Shown one piece after another: positions 9,599-20,234 of a stretch of DNA of 64,000 nucleotides (the stretch's first letter is position 1; each line of letters begins with the position of its first letter). A program made the translations under genes and the position numbers. Origin of the DNA: Spirochaetia bacterium. GTDB lineage: Bacteria; Spirochaetota; Spirochaetia; DSM-2461. A model generated the notes under the pieces. That model saw only the letters and a program-made list of their open reading frames with translations, ran no database searches and was not told the origin of the DNA. Where the stretch lies: positions 5,408,001-5,472,000 of the forward strand of contig OY764216.1 of the NCBI GenBank assembly GCA_963668315.1. The letters are read 5' to 3'.

Positions 9599-10039
9599 TT
9601 ATTTGTGAAGCCCCTTTTCCACCTGCCTGATGATCGTGTTGACAGCCAGTCCCGGGAGTGTCCCTGACGCCTGATGGGCGATGGCCAGGCGGTCCGAAAG
9701 GGAGATATGGTAGACGCACTTGTCGCCGGAAAACTTGTAGGTACAGACGCTCCGGACATGAATCGTCCTGCCCTCATAACTCCCTTCATACACATGCTGA
9801 TAGATGGCGCTGTCCCCCTCAACGAGAATCCCTACGCCGTCGTCATAGAAACGGACATTGGCCAGAACGTTTTTCATCCATTTCAGGTAGGACTCGATCT
9901 CCCCTTTTCCCCGGAACGTCCCCTCATTGGTGATCCATTCGCAATCATCGGCAAAGAAGGACAGAGCCCCGTCCACCTCTCCCGATTCAAGATTATGAAT
10001 GAAATCCCGAATTGCCTTTTCCTTAGCATTCGCGGCCAT
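9599..10039 (-). CDS. SnoaL/NTF2-like protein
   Basis: ALSFFADDCEW....GTFRGK.EI pattern; ATG at 10039 behind GGAGGAGG. Confidence 0.8.
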   Translation of the reverse strand: MAANAKEKAIRDFIHNLESGEVDGALSFFADDCEWITNEGTFRGKGEIESYLKWMKNVLANVRFYDDGVGILVEGDSAIYQHVYEGSYEGRTIHVRSVCTYKFSGDKCVYHISLSDRLAIAHQASGTLPGLAVNTIIRQVEKGLHK

Positions 10040-10090
10040 GGTAACCTCCTCCCATAATACAAATATCTCCCCCAAGGGGGCTCCTCTCTT

Positions 10091-13024
10091 CTACCGGTCC
10101 GACGGAACATCCTCCAGCCCGGCGAAATACTCAGCCAGGACAGCAACGGATTTCTTCTCATCCTGCCGCCATTCCGGGACATCCCACGTCTCCCATCGGT
10201 AGACGGGACCGTCTCCCCCGGATGGATCATCGGGGATACGGGCCAGAATATCTCCCCCCTCCCCGGCGATGAGAGCGTAGATCCGGATTCCCCCGCTCCG
10301 GGCTGTTTCGAGTACATCCCTCTCCGGGTAGGCCCGGTAGGCCCGGCCGTCGTCCAGAACGGTTCCCTCCGAGGGATCGCTCACGTTCAGCAGAGTCCAG
10401 GGAATCCGGAGGGTGAGCCCCGAATCATCCAGATAGAACGAGCGCCCCGCCTCATCGAGAGGGCCGTATTTAAGGATGCTCCAGTTCGTATAATAGGCGG
10501 GGATCTCCTCCCCCCCTTCGGTGCGAGAAGCCCGGTTGGTCAGAATTTCCACCGGCAGGAACGACTGCCCTTCCCTCCCGGAACTCCTGAAGGAGAGGGT
10601 GGAGAGATTGTAGTCCTCCGCCGTCAGAAGGCGGGCGCTCCTCTCTTCGGGCCGGACGACAGCCAGGCACTCCATTCCCGTGGGGACCGCAGCACCCCCC
10701 TTGCCGGGAAAGGTACGGATTCCCCCCTCCCTGTCGTATGTATCAAATCCCAGGTAAACGGTTCCTTCCCATGTCTCCCGTCCGGACATATGGAGGTAAA
10801 GATGGGATTCGGAACCCCAGACCTCAAGGGACACCCCCGCGGGAGAGTCATAACGGGACCGGCCCTTCTCCGAAACGCCCTTCATGGCCATGACGCCGTA
10901 ATTCTGCTCCGGGTCCATCACGTTCCGCCAGAGGGCCTGCCGGTCATAGGGAATCATGAAAGGCTCGGTCGTCCAGGTTTTCTTGGCCCACTCGTCTATC
11001 CACTCGAAGACCAGGCCCCCCGCGTATCCTTCCCGCCTTATCGCTTCGGTCATACGGATGATTCCCCGGGCCTGCTCCTCTTCCGAGAGGCCGCCGTGAT
11101 GATAACCGTCAGGACTGTAATGGGCCATGGCGGCGCTGGTGGAGATACCGTATTCGGCGACCAGGGCCGGGTACTTTCCGTGAATCCCCATGAAGTCCCG
11201 CAGATAGCCCCCGTAGCGGAAGAAACCCTCTTCGTCTTCGTATTCCCCGTAGGAACTCTGATTGTTCATAAAATCGGGATAGTTGGGATAGATATGATAG
11301 GCGCCGAAAAATCCGCCGAAGGACGAATCCTCCAGTACGATCCGGTTGATATCGACGGAAACCCTGTCATTGACCGGTTCCCTGCCCGCCAGCTCGGGAT
11401 CGTTCCACTCCACCTCATGATGGAGGGCGTCCAGGATAGGCCAGCTGACGATTCCCACCGGACGGGACACTCCGTATCTCTCCGTTTCATAAACGACGGC
11501 TCTGTCGCAGGAGGCGGCCAGCCAGGACTCCACGGCCGGCCCTTCCGGAGCTGAGATGTAACGGCCTTTGTACACGTAATCCCCGTTCCGTTCATTCGTG
11601 GTTTCCACCTCCTGGGGCTCCATTTCCCGCCCCACCAGCCAGGCGAGGATCCAGGGACTCACGTCGGCGGTGTATACGCCCCAGGCGCGCCCTTCCCTTG
11701 CTTCAACAGTCCGGTTGCCGTGAAGGGCGTCGACGGTAAGGTCAATCTCCTCCCCGTAGGTCCGGTTATAATCGTCCCCCAGATAGTCGTTCCCCTCCGG
11801 ATGCTCCTCCGGCCAGATTTCGTGGATCAGATAGAGGGGATCTTCCCGGTTGTTCCGGTTGAATTCACGAAAAGCGCGGTAGAAGGAGGGCGGGAACAGG
11901 GTATAGATCCTTAGCGTATTCATATTCATCTCTTTCATCCGGGTAAACCACCGGTAGTAGAGATGCTCGTCCTCGGGAAACTGGGTGAACCAGGTCCCGG
12001 GAAGAGCCGCTCCCAGGTTCACTCCCTTGATAAAAAAGGGCTCCCCCTCTCCCCCGTCGCGGGAAAGATAGAAATCCTGCCCCTCAATGGAAAAGACAGG
12101 ATTCGCCCCGATCCCGGAGGAACCGGTCTGAGCCGCGCGGCTCTTCTCTGTCACGCCGTTGATCCAGGGCTGGTATATCCGCCAGTATAACGCGTCATTT
12201 CCCTCTTCGGGAAACAGGGCGAAGCGGGATTTAAAAAGATCTTTCCCCGCTATTTTATAAGACTCGCCCAGAATCGTCCGGGGGGGCAGGTCGGCGGCAA
12301 AAAAACCGGTGCGGACCAGGGGGCTCACCCCTTCTATGATAAGGGGGACGGAGAGGGGAATCCCTGCCTCGCTCATCTTCCGCCTCCCCTCTTCTGTCAG
12401 TCCCAGCTCCAGCAGGGAGGCGGCCTGAGCATCACCGGCAGCCCGGTAGACGGGGACCCAGGTATAGACCGGGGCGGATTTCCCCCCCAGGGAGGCCTTC
12501 GGCGGTTTCCCCGAGAAATCCGTCCCCCCCCTCAGAACGACATCCTCACGGCCGTCCCGGGAGAAGACCAGCCGGGCTTCTTCCTTTCTCTCATAATGGA
12601 GGACCCAGCCGGTGCGCTCTATCTGAAGGAAGGTTTCCAGTCTGTTCCGGAACAGGGAGTGGACCCTCTCGGTCAGGGTATAGCCGTCGCAGAGAAAACT
12701 GCGGCTGTCCAGGGCGGATTTTTTCACCCCGTCCACCGCGAGAAGAGCCTCACCGTCGGAAAAATCCGCCGTCAGGGACCCGGCCAGAAGAGTGACATCC
12801 CCTTTCTCTCCGGAATCGCCCTCGCCAAGGATCTCGGCTTTACGGTAGAGGAAGGGCCACAGAAGCCTCTCCCTTCTCTCCTCTCCCTCGCCGGACGGAT
12901 CGGCCAGAATGACCCGGCAGGTCTCCGGTTGTTCCAGGCGCCACAGGAGAGAGGGCAGCCCTCCCCCCAGGAGAAGGATCAGGAGAAAAACCCGGGGCGG
13001 AGTGATAATCGGCCTAAGCTTCAC
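10091..13024 (-). CDS. Membrane-anchored clan GH-A-like glycoside hydrolase (type found beside GT2 polysaccharide synthases)
   Basis: N-terminal TM; FFIKGVNLG, NTLRIYT, GREMEP, YHIYPNYP, AEYG and FEWIDEW motifs. Confidence 0.7.
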   Translation of the reverse strand: MKLRPIITPPRVFLLILLLGGGLPSLLWRLEQPETCRVILADPSGEGEERRERLLWPFLYRKAEILGEGDSGEKGDVTLLAGSLTADFSDGEALLAVDGVKKSALDSRSFLCDGYTLTERVHSLFRNRLETFLQIERTGWVLHYERKEEARLVFSRDGREDVVLRGGTDFSGKPPKASLGGKSAPVYTWVPVYRAAGDAQAASLLELGLTEEGRRKMSEAGIPLSVPLIIEGVSPLVRTGFFAADLPPRTILGESYKIAGKDLFKSRFALFPEEGNDALYWRIYQPWINGVTEKSRAAQTGSSGIGANPVFSIEGQDFYLSRDGGEGEPFFIKGVNLGAALPGTWFTQFPEDEHLYYRWFTRMKEMNMNTLRIYTLFPPSFYRAFREFNRNNREDPLYLIHEIWPEEHPEGNDYLGDDYNRTYGEEIDLTVDALHGNRTVEAREGRAWGVYTADVSPWILAWLVGREMEPQEVETTNERNGDYVYKGRYISAPEGPAVESWLAASCDRAVVYETERYGVSRPVGIVSWPILDALHHEVEWNDPELAGREPVNDRVSVDINRIVLEDSSFGGFFGAYHIYPNYPDFMNNQSSYGEYEDEEGFFRYGGYLRDFMGIHGKYPALVAEYGISTSAAMAHYSPDGYHHGGLSEEEQARGIIRMTEAIRREGYAGGLVFEWIDEWAKKTWTTEPFMIPYDRQALWRNVMDPEQNYGVMAMKGVSEKGRSRYDSPAGVSLEVWGSESHLYLHMSGRETWEGTVYLGFDTYDREGGIRTFPGKGGAAVPTGMECLAVVRPEERSARLLTAEDYNLSTLSFRSSGREGQSFLPVEILTNRASRTEGGEEIPAYYTNWSILKYGPLDEAGRSFYLDDSGLTLRIPWTLLNVSDPSEGTVLDDGRAYRAYPERDVLETARSGGIRIYALIAGEGGDILARIPDDPSGGDGPVYRWETWDVPEWRQDEKKSVAVLAEYFAGLEDVPSDR

Positions 13025-15893
13025 CGGCGGCTCCCTCCTCTTCCAGGGTGAACCCCTTTCTCTTTAGCTTCTGCCATCCCTTATTGCGGAAGAGATAAGC
13101 CACAAAGGCATACACCCGGTGCATACTGATAACCTGGCGGTAGCCGAAATTCTCCTCGATGGCAGTGAACATGCTCTGGCGGAACTCTTTTCCCTTGAAG
13201 TAAAGAATGTCCCGTTCGGCCAGCAGAAGGGAGACGGAGGAGACCAGGATTCCCAGAAGGACCACCACGGTGAACATGAAGAGGAAGAACTGCCCGTGAA
13301 TAAGGCCCAGAACAAGAGAGGAGATGAGAACGACATATCCCATGAATTCCCAGAAGGGCCCCAGCAGCTCGAAAATAAAAAGATAGGGGAAGGTCAGTAG
13401 CCCGGGTGTCCCGAATTTCCTGTTGAAGAGCATTTTCCTGTGGTAGATGAGAATCTCGATCAATCCCCTGTGCCAGCGGTCGCGCTGTTTCAGAAGATCC
13501 CCCATTTTTTCGGGCACCTCGGTCCAGCAGTTGGCGTTGTGGGAGTAGTCGATGCGGAATTTCTCCCCCTTCTCGTTAAGATGCCTTATCAGCCGTACGA
13601 CAAGTTCCATGTCCTCCCCCACGGTGTCCCTCTTCAGGGAACCGGTTCCGGTCATGTACCCGCCGATATCCAGGACGTCCTTTCTCAAAAAGGCCCCGAA
13701 GGCCCCGGAGATAATCATCAGCCCGTTCAGCTTTGTCCAGCCCAGCCGGCCGGTGATGAAGGAGCGGAGATATTCGATCGTCTGATAGCGGGAATACCGG
13801 TTTGCCGGCAGGTGGATTTCGCGAATGGAGCCGTTCTTGGTCACGCATCCGTTGACGGGAATGATATTCCCGCCGATGGCCACTGTTTTCGTCTCGCTGT
13901 TGAGGATGCGGAACATCAGCTTCGTCAGAGCCTCCGGTTCAAGAAGGCTGTCCGCGTCGATGCTGCAGATGTACTCTCCCCGCGCCGCGTTCAGCCCCAC
14001 GTTCAGAGCATCCGCCTTTCCCCCGTTCACCTTATCGATAACAAGCAGATTGGGAATCCGGTCGTTTTTGTAAAGCCCCTGAACGGGGGCGGTCCTGAGC
14101 CGGCGGGAGAGGGGATAATCGACCAGTTTGAGTTCGAACTGCTCAATGAGCCTGCCGATCGTTCTGTCCCCGGAACCGTCGTTTATCACGATGACCTCCA
14201 GATTCGGATAGTTCAGGGAGAGAAGGGAATAGACGTTCTGCACGATGGTGGCTTCTTCGTTATAGGCGGGCGCCAGTATGGAAATGGACGGCATGAGCCC
14301 CCGGGTATTGAGAAACCGGCTGTCCGCCGTGCTCCACTCCCGGTACTGATCGCGGATAACCTGCCATGAAAGAAGCATGAGAAGAAGATAAACCGTGTTA
14401 ATCGATAGGGTATAGAACACAAAGATACGGTGATAGGTCATGATATAGGAGACGACGATCTCCTCTCCGGTCATGAAATTGAGAAGAGGGCCTTTGAGAA
14501 GAAGAAAAACCGCCACGGGAAGGGCCAGAACAAAGGCAATAAGCCCTACCATTATGAATCGGTCACCCGCTCCCAGCTGTATCTTCGGATTGCCGCGGAT
14601 CTCGGGAGGGGGAGGCAGATTCAGCTGGGAAATCAGATCCTTCCTGAGGAAGGACTGGCACTGGCGGAGAAAGGAGGCGTTTGATGCCAGATAGGGTCTG
14701 AGCCTTTCGAGAAGAATCTTCTCCCGAGTCAGGTTCTTGTTGGCATTGAGGAAATTGATCAAAGGGGAACTGACGCCCTGTTCGATGACATCTCCGAGCA
14801 GGCGGCCTATCTCTTCATCCTCCTCTCCGCCCAGACGCAGAATGAAATAACGGATTCTCGATGCCAGAACAGCGGCGTAGCCCTTCCGTTCCCCCTCCCC
14901 CTGCGCTTCCTTATAGCGCCGGAAAAGTTCAGGCAGAAGGCGGGGCTCGCGGCTTATCAGATCGGTCAGTCCCGCCACGACCTGGGAGTGAAACTCATCG
15001 TCGGCGAAGAGGTCGGCCGTCTCTTTCTCATCCGGATTGCGGGAGCTGCGGAAATAGTGATATACCGCTTTTCCCCGCTGTTCGGGGAGGGAGGACTTCA
15101 TAATAAAAAGCAGAGCCTCCCTGTCTCCGTAGGATTCCATGAGAACATCGGCCGCTTCCCCGGCGGCGATCTCCCCGGCGCCGGTAATCATTTCCAGAAG
15201 AAAAGGGCGGTACCATTCCCTCAGTTTCGTCCGGGCCGCCTGAATGAGTATTCTCAGGGCTTCCGGTTCCTTTCTGTCCCGGTTCACATCGGACCACTCC
15301 AGGAGCAGTTCATGATTGTCCCGAAGCATTCCCAGCACCCGGAGGTTGTAGTTTTCCCCGGCCCCCTTCATGCTGCGGCAGATAATATCCACCGCTTCGG
15401 CCCCTTTGGTTTCGCTGAGTATCTGGACGATCTTCAGCTTGAGGAGGGAGGAGGACTCTCTTTCAAGGGCCTTTTTAAGGAGCTCCGTCCCCACGTCCCT
15501 GTCCAGCATGAAAAGCAGATCCACTCCTATGGCCCTCTTTCTGAGAAAAGGGCTCTTCAGCAGCTTATCCACACGGGGCAGAATGTTCCAGTTGTATTTG
15601 AGCAGGGTCAGTGCTTTCCGGAGTGATTCGGGAATCTGGGCGGACTGCTCGGCACGGTGCCAGGCTATAAAATAGTCCAGCCGCTCCCCTTCATCTATGC
15701 CCTCCAGCCCCTCCAGCTCGCCGGTGACGATGGAACGGCTTATCAGGGCCCCCAGCCTCTCCCGCTTCCTGTATTTTCTCTTGGAGTACAGCTTGATGAC
15801 ATAGGTAGCGCCGAGGATCAGCAGATCGAGAAAGATAAGCGCCCCCATGATCAGGGTTACCACCAGCCAGCTCTCGAACATATCAGCCCTCAC
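13014..15893 (-). CDS. HEAT-repeat / GT2 processive polysaccharide synthase fusion (IcaA/PgaC/cellulose-synthase-like)
   Basis: PAYNEE, NDGS, KVNGGKADALN, DADS, GED and QRDRW (D,D,D,QxxRW); TM segments; helical N-terminus. Confidence 0.9.
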   Translation of the reverse strand: MRADMFESWLVVTLIMGALIFLDLLILGATYVIKLYSKRKYRKRERLGALISRSIVTGELEGLEGIDEGERLDYFIAWHRAEQSAQIPESLRKALTLLKYNWNILPRVDKLLKSPFLRKRAIGVDLLFMLDRDVGTELLKKALERESSSLLKLKIVQILSETKGAEAVDIICRSMKGAGENYNLRVLGMLRDNHELLLEWSDVNRDRKEPEALRILIQAARTKLREWYRPFLLEMITGAGEIAAGEAADVLMESYGDREALLFIMKSSLPEQRGKAVYHYFRSSRNPDEKETADLFADDEFHSQVVAGLTDLISREPRLLPELFRRYKEAQGEGERKGYAAVLASRIRYFILRLGGEEDEEIGRLLGDVIEQGVSSPLINFLNANKNLTREKILLERLRPYLASNASFLRQCQSFLRKDLISQLNLPPPPEIRGNPKIQLGAGDRFIMVGLIAFVLALPVAVFLLLKGPLLNFMTGEEIVVSYIMTYHRIFVFYTLSINTVYLLLMLLSWQVIRDQYREWSTADSRFLNTRGLMPSISILAPAYNEEATIVQNVYSLLSLNYPNLEVIVINDGSGDRTIGRLIEQFELKLVDYPLSRRLRTAPVQGLYKNDRIPNLLVIDKVNGGKADALNVGLNAARGEYICSIDADSLLEPEALTKLMFRILNSETKTVAIGGNIIPVNGCVTKNGSIREIHLPANRYSRYQTIEYLRSFITGRLGWTKLNGLMIISGAFGAFLRKDVLDIGGYMTGTGSLKRDTVGEDMELVVRLIRHLNEKGEKFRIDYSHNANCWTEVPEKMGDLLKQRDRWHRGLIEILIYHRKMLFNRKFGTPGLLTFPYLFIFELLGPFWEFMGYVVLISSLVLGLIHGQFFLFMFTVVVLLGILVSSVSLLLAERDILYFKGKEFRQSMFTAIEENFGYRQVISMHRVYAFVAYLFRNKGWQKLKRKGFTLEEEGAAGEA

Positions 15894-17550
15894 CCCTTAT
15901 TCTGAAGCGGATGATTCCCAGCAATTCTGTGAGCATCACCGGTTTTTTAAAATAGTGGTAGACCCCCAGTTTCTGAGCCCTCTCCACGGTGTCCTCCGAT
16001 TTCAGATGGGAAAGGAAAATAAAGGGAATATTTCTGAGATCCCGTGACTGCCGCATCAGTTCTCTTATGCGGAATCCGTCCAGCTGGGGAATCATCGTTT
16101 CGGAGATGATCATATCCGGACGGTACAGGTCGATGAGATGAAGCGCCTCTCCTCCTTCATGGCTGTAATGGACGGTGAAACCGCGGCTTGTCAGAAAATC
16201 ATGAAGAAGCCGAGAGCATACGGGATCGGCATCGAAAATCAGGATCGTTCTGTTTTTGTCAGTCTCCTCCTCTATGTCGGAGGAGGAACAGATGGCATTG
16301 TCGCCGAGGGAATCCAGAAGCTGAAGCCGGTTTCTTATCAGCCGTATAATCTGCTCCTCCCTGTTCTCCGATGTTTCCGGAACCTCATCGATATGGGCCA
16401 GAGCCACGCTGCAGGTCATATCCTGAATAAAATCCTGGGACTCGCGCACCCGGTTCTGCATCTCCTCGATGATACGGAGCGGGTCCGTTCCCTCAGGCCG
16501 GGGCAGCATCAGAATAACAATAGGCCCTGCTTCCCTGAAAAGGTAGGCGTCCTCCGGCCTGCTTCCCTGAAGAAGATGGGCGAATGTGGCTATGACCCGG
16601 TCTCCCTCCTGAAATCCGTAAAGATTATTAAAGACTTTCATGCCGTCAATCCGGAAAAAAGCCAAGACGCCCCCCGGATTCAGCCTGATGAACTCGGGCA
16701 GAAAATTATGGTAGAAAGCGGCGTTATAGAGGCCCGTAACGGGATCGAGCATTTTACCGTCCATGGACAGGACCAGTTCTTCATTCAGGTCAAAACTGAT
16801 TTTTTCCCAGTCCGCGTCTTTTCCGGCGAGCTCTCCGGAGGGTTTCTCCTTCTCCGCTCCCGCCCCCCCGAGAAAGGCAATATAGCGATCGGTCTTTTTA
16901 GCGATGATGCAGCCGTGCTGGGGGCAGATGGTTCCGATCTCCCTCGATGAGAGCATCTCCGCCGTTTCTCCGATCTCCCCGGGGGAAGAGAAAAATTCGC
17001 TGATAAAGGAGGTCATGCCCGCGAAATGGGCGTCATCGGCGAAGATGTCGTATCTCTCGCCGAAACTCTCGAAGAGATGGGAGGAGAAAAGAGTCCCCGT
17101 CCTGCGGTCCAGGGAGAGAAGAAGACCGGGGGCCGTCTGATAGGAGAGGGGAATCATTTCCAGATCGGGAAAAAGGGGAAGGCTGCCGTTTTCCCCCTCT
17201 TTCACCGGACTCAGAGGGGAGAGCAGGCCATAGGCCTTCAGTATCGGTTCCGTCCGGCTGTTGCAGAGGATTCTTCCCTGGAATCCTGCCTCCTCCCAGG
17301 AGGGCAGACTGGAGCAGACATCGGGATCCTGCCCCGAAATCAGCAGGGCCCGGACCTCTTCAAGGGGAGCGATCTCCCTGAGGGCCGCGAGTGTCTCCCT
17401 GAATACGGAACGCGGACCGGGATCGATGATGATTCCCTGTCCTCTTCTGTAGATCAGATAGATATTAGTCTGCCGGGAGTCGGTATTATCCACGGAACCG
17501 AGCCAATAGGTCGAATCGGCGATAAGCCGGGGGGCGTTATGACGGGGCAT
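15883..17550 (-). CDS. MBL-fold (ODP/FprA-like) + degenerate GGDEF + receiver domain protein
   Basis: IIDPG, QDPDV, CPQHG; DPVTGLYN...NNLYGFQEGD; C-terminal REC. The ATG at 17550 overlaps the upstream stop (TGATG). Confidence 0.8.
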   Translation of the reverse strand: MPRHNAPRLIADSTYWLGSVDNTDSRQTNIYLIYRRGQGIIIDPGPRSVFRETLAALREIAPLEEVRALLISGQDPDVCSSLPSWEEAGFQGRILCNSRTEPILKAYGLLSPLSPVKEGENGSLPLFPDLEMIPLSYQTAPGLLLSLDRRTGTLFSSHLFESFGERYDIFADDAHFAGMTSFISEFFSSPGEIGETAEMLSSREIGTICPQHGCIIAKKTDRYIAFLGGAGAEKEKPSGELAGKDADWEKISFDLNEELVLSMDGKMLDPVTGLYNAAFYHNFLPEFIRLNPGGVLAFFRIDGMKVFNNLYGFQEGDRVIATFAHLLQGSRPEDAYLFREAGPIVILMLPRPEGTDPLRIIEEMQNRVRESQDFIQDMTCSVALAHIDEVPETSENREEQIIRLIRNRLQLLDSLGDNAICSSSDIEEETDKNRTILIFDADPVCSRLLHDFLTSRGFTVHYSHEGGEALHLIDLYRPDMIISETMIPQLDGFRIRELMRQSRDLRNIPFIFLSHLKSEDTVERAQKLGVYHYFKKPVMLTELLGIIRFRIRGEG

Positions 17551-19106
17551 CAGGCGAACTCCTTTAACATAATCAGCTTTTTGCAGTTTCCCTTTCCCTG
17601 GAGGAGCAGACTGGAATCGGTTCCCCTGTGTATGAGATAGGAACCGTAGCCGTTCTCCCGGTACTCCTCCGGCTCGGGAGGTATGTCGGCAAACCACTCG
17701 TAATCGGGCCCGGAAAAGGAAATGGAAACCTCGGCCCGGCCGGCGTAAAGCTTCCACCCCACGGTAAGGGGGCCCTCGGTATAGGAGATCCCGTTGGCGC
17801 AGGCCTCCAGGAGGGCGATAGTCAGTTTTGTGGAAGCTTCCAGCTGATCCTCCCCATAGGCGCTGTTCAGTCCGGCGGCGAAATCCTCCCGGACGGCCTC
17901 CAGATCGATGCTGTCCCTATCGGAAAATTCATACCGTCTTTCCGACAGGGGAGCCGCCCTTCCTTCGGTGATCCTCACCGCCACGGCCGTCACATCATCG
18001 TCGAAGGTTCCTGCGGCATAGAAGAAAACGACATTCAGAACTTTCTTGAGCAGCTCATCGGGGGAGAGGCTGCCGTGCCCCTTCACAAGCTGCCTGATTC
18101 TCTCATGGCCGAACATCTCTCCTTCCGAATCCTTGACTTCGGAAATTCCATCGGAGTAGAAGAAAAAGAGATCCCTACGGTCAAAGGGCAGCTGGAAGGC
18201 TCGATAATTCTGGGAAGGGGAAAATCCCAGGGGCATGTTCGCCCCTTTCAGGCTCCAGCAGCTGTCATCCGCTCCGTCATAGTAGATGAAACTGGTATGC
18301 CCCGCATCAATATAGCTCAGGAGGGATTTCTTCGTATTCAGGCGGCAGTAATAGAGGGTCAGGAATTTTTTCAGATCGATGAGGTTTCTGCTGATAAGGG
18401 AATCGATCATCTGCAGGACATCCCGGATATCCGAATCCTCTCCCCTGGCCAGTCCTTCGGTTATGAGAGATTTGTAATAGGAGGCCTTCACTCCGGCGGC
18501 CAGCAGGGCGGCGGGGACCCCCTTTCCCATGACGTCTCCGATAATGAAATCGGTGATACCCGGGGCCAAAGGCAGAAATTCATAAAAATCCCCGTCTACC
18601 TCGCGGGACGGGATAGTTTCGGCGGCGACCTCGAGGCCGGTCAGATCATCGGAGACAGCCCCGGTAAGGAGGATTTTCTGAATCCGCGCACTGATCTCTA
18701 TTTCATGATCCCTCGCCTGAAGGGCTTCTTTCTTATAGTCCGAATCACCGCTGAAGACTTCCGCCGATCCGAGACGCAGTATCGCACCGTCCTCTCCGTT
18801 CAGAAGCCGGCCAAAGCGGAGGGTAATGAGGACCTTCTCTTCGGAAAGGATGAAGGGAAGAGTCAGAAGACCGTTGTCCCCCTTACCGGCCAGGGCGGAT
18901 AACCTTTCATCAAGAACCTCAGGAGGCCATTCAACCATCTCCATCCAGAATCGGGGGTCCCGGTCAATTTCCTCCCGGGATACCTGGAATAGCTCCCTTG
19001 TTTTCTCTGAAACATGGGACCAGCAGGTAAGGGATTCGTCACAGGCGAAAAAGGAATAATTCAGTTCGTCCGCAGCTGTCTTCAGCTCTCCTGCCCAGGT
19101 ATTCAC
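17550..19106 (-). CDS. SpoIIE/RsbU-type PP2C phosphatase fused to an RsbW-like HATPase
   Basis: VDGDFY, DVMGKGVPAAL, DAGH, YSDGISE and DDVT, then EACANG...ENGYG. Confidence 0.88.
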   Translation of the reverse strand: MNTWAGELKTAADELNYSFFACDESLTCWSHVSEKTRELFQVSREEIDRDPRFWMEMVEWPPEVLDERLSALAGKGDNGLLTLPFILSEEKVLITLRFGRLLNGEDGAILRLGSAEVFSGDSDYKKEALQARDHEIEISARIQKILLTGAVSDDLTGLEVAAETIPSREVDGDFYEFLPLAPGITDFIIGDVMGKGVPAALLAAGVKASYYKSLITEGLARGEDSDIRDVLQMIDSLISRNLIDLKKFLTLYYCRLNTKKSLLSYIDAGHTSFIYYDGADDSCWSLKGANMPLGFSPSQNYRAFQLPFDRRDLFFFYSDGISEVKDSEGEMFGHERIRQLVKGHGSLSPDELLKKVLNVVFFYAAGTFDDDVTAVAVRITEGRAAPLSERRYEFSDRDSIDLEAVREDFAAGLNSAYGEDQLEASTKLTIALLEACANGISYTEGPLTVGWKLYAGRAEVSISFSGPDYEWFADIPPEPEEYRENGYGSYLIHRGTDSSLLLQGKGNCKKLIMLKEFA

Positions 19107-19117
19107 ACAGCATTCCT

Positions 19118-19450
19118 CTAACGGGACAGAGCTTCGACGGCTTCATCCCTGGTCGTATATATGGACGCGATCTGGGAGAGACGGACCATATCGAAAAGGA
19201 CCTTGACCGCCGGCATGGCCTGGCAGAGGACCATCCGCCCTTTTTTCTCATTTATCGTCCTCAGGGCGGAAACAATAATCCCCAGTCCGGTGGAATCCAT
19301 AAAATTCACATTCGCCAGATCCAGAACGACCTTGTTCCTATCGGCAAGAAAGGCTTCCAGATCAGAGCTGAACCGGGGAGAATTATTTACATCAATCTGA
19401 CGTAACTCGGGTACGAGAATGGCCACATCCTGTTTTTCTTCTAACTTCAT
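19118..19450 (-). CDS. STAS anti-anti-sigma factor (RsbV/SpoIIAA type)
   Basis: VVLDLANVNFMDSTGLG with the conserved phosphoacceptor Ser. Confidence 0.92.
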   Translation of the reverse strand: MKLEEKQDVAILVPELRQIDVNNSPRFSSDLEAFLADRNKVVLDLANVNFMDSTGLGIIVSALRTINEKKGRMVLCQAMPAVKVLFDMVRLSQIASIYTTRDEAVEALSR

Positions 19451-19487
19451 ATTAAGAAGTATTAGGGGTGGTCAGGAAAAAATCAAT

Positions 19488-20180
19488 TTATTTTTCATAG
19501 GAGAATTTGTGAATTACCACGTCCATACCTCCGTCTTCCATGGGAGAGTCCCCCCGGAAGAGCCAGAGATTCAGATGTACCCGGCTTTTCGTATCCCGGG
19601 GGATGTCATCCCCTTCGTAGGTCCAGTGCCTAATCCTTTGTCCCTCCCCGTCGGTCAGAACGAAGTCGATCTCCTCCGCGCCCCAGACGATACGGCAGCG
19701 GTAGTCCCCCCGGGTCGGGGAGTCGAAGACAAGGGAATTTCCCTCCTTCCCGTAGGGCTGTACGGAAAAGGAGCAGGGAAAGGTCCCGGGAATCCCCCAC
19801 CGGGAGATTTCAAAGTCTATCTCATTGTATTGGGGCGGGGCCTCGTCGTTATAGAGGAAGAAACCGAACACGCACTGAGAGTCGAGGGGAACGGGAAGGG
19901 AGAAATCCAGCGTAAAGGTACCGTAGGAGAAGTATTCCCGGCTGAACACTTCCGAACTGGTCCAGGACCTCCTCCCCGGTAGTATGGCCAGGCCTATGCC
20001 GTCGCCATTCCGGGAGATGCTGTCACCGGAAAATCGGTTCGGCCCGGGACCTGTGGGACGGCGGCTCTCTTTGACAATCCAGTCGTATCCGCTGAAGGAA
20101 AGGGTGTCTTCCTGATCTTCCGAAAAGAGCCATAGAGCCATAAGGGCTGTAAAACCGCATAGAAAAATTTTCCTTTTCAT
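19488..20180 (-). CDS. Secreted GH16-family glycoside hydrolase
   Basis: Signal peptide; EIDFE catalytic motif; YGTF and HLNLW. Confidence 0.82.
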   Translation of the reverse strand: MKRKIFLCGFTALMALWLFSEDQEDTLSFSGYDWIVKESRRPTGPGPNRFSGDSISRNGDGIGLAILPGRRSWTSSEVFSREYFSYGTFTLDFSLPVPLDSQCVFGFFLYNDEAPPQYNEIDFEISRWGIPGTFPCSFSVQPYGKEGNSLVFDSPTRGDYRCRIVWGAEEIDFVLTDGEGQRIRHWTYEGDDIPRDTKSRVHLNLWLFRGDSPMEDGGMDVVIHKFSYEK

Positions 20181-20234
20181 GTCCTGTGAATTATAATGGA
20201 AGAAATGTGAAAATGAAAATTTTAGGAGTATTTT

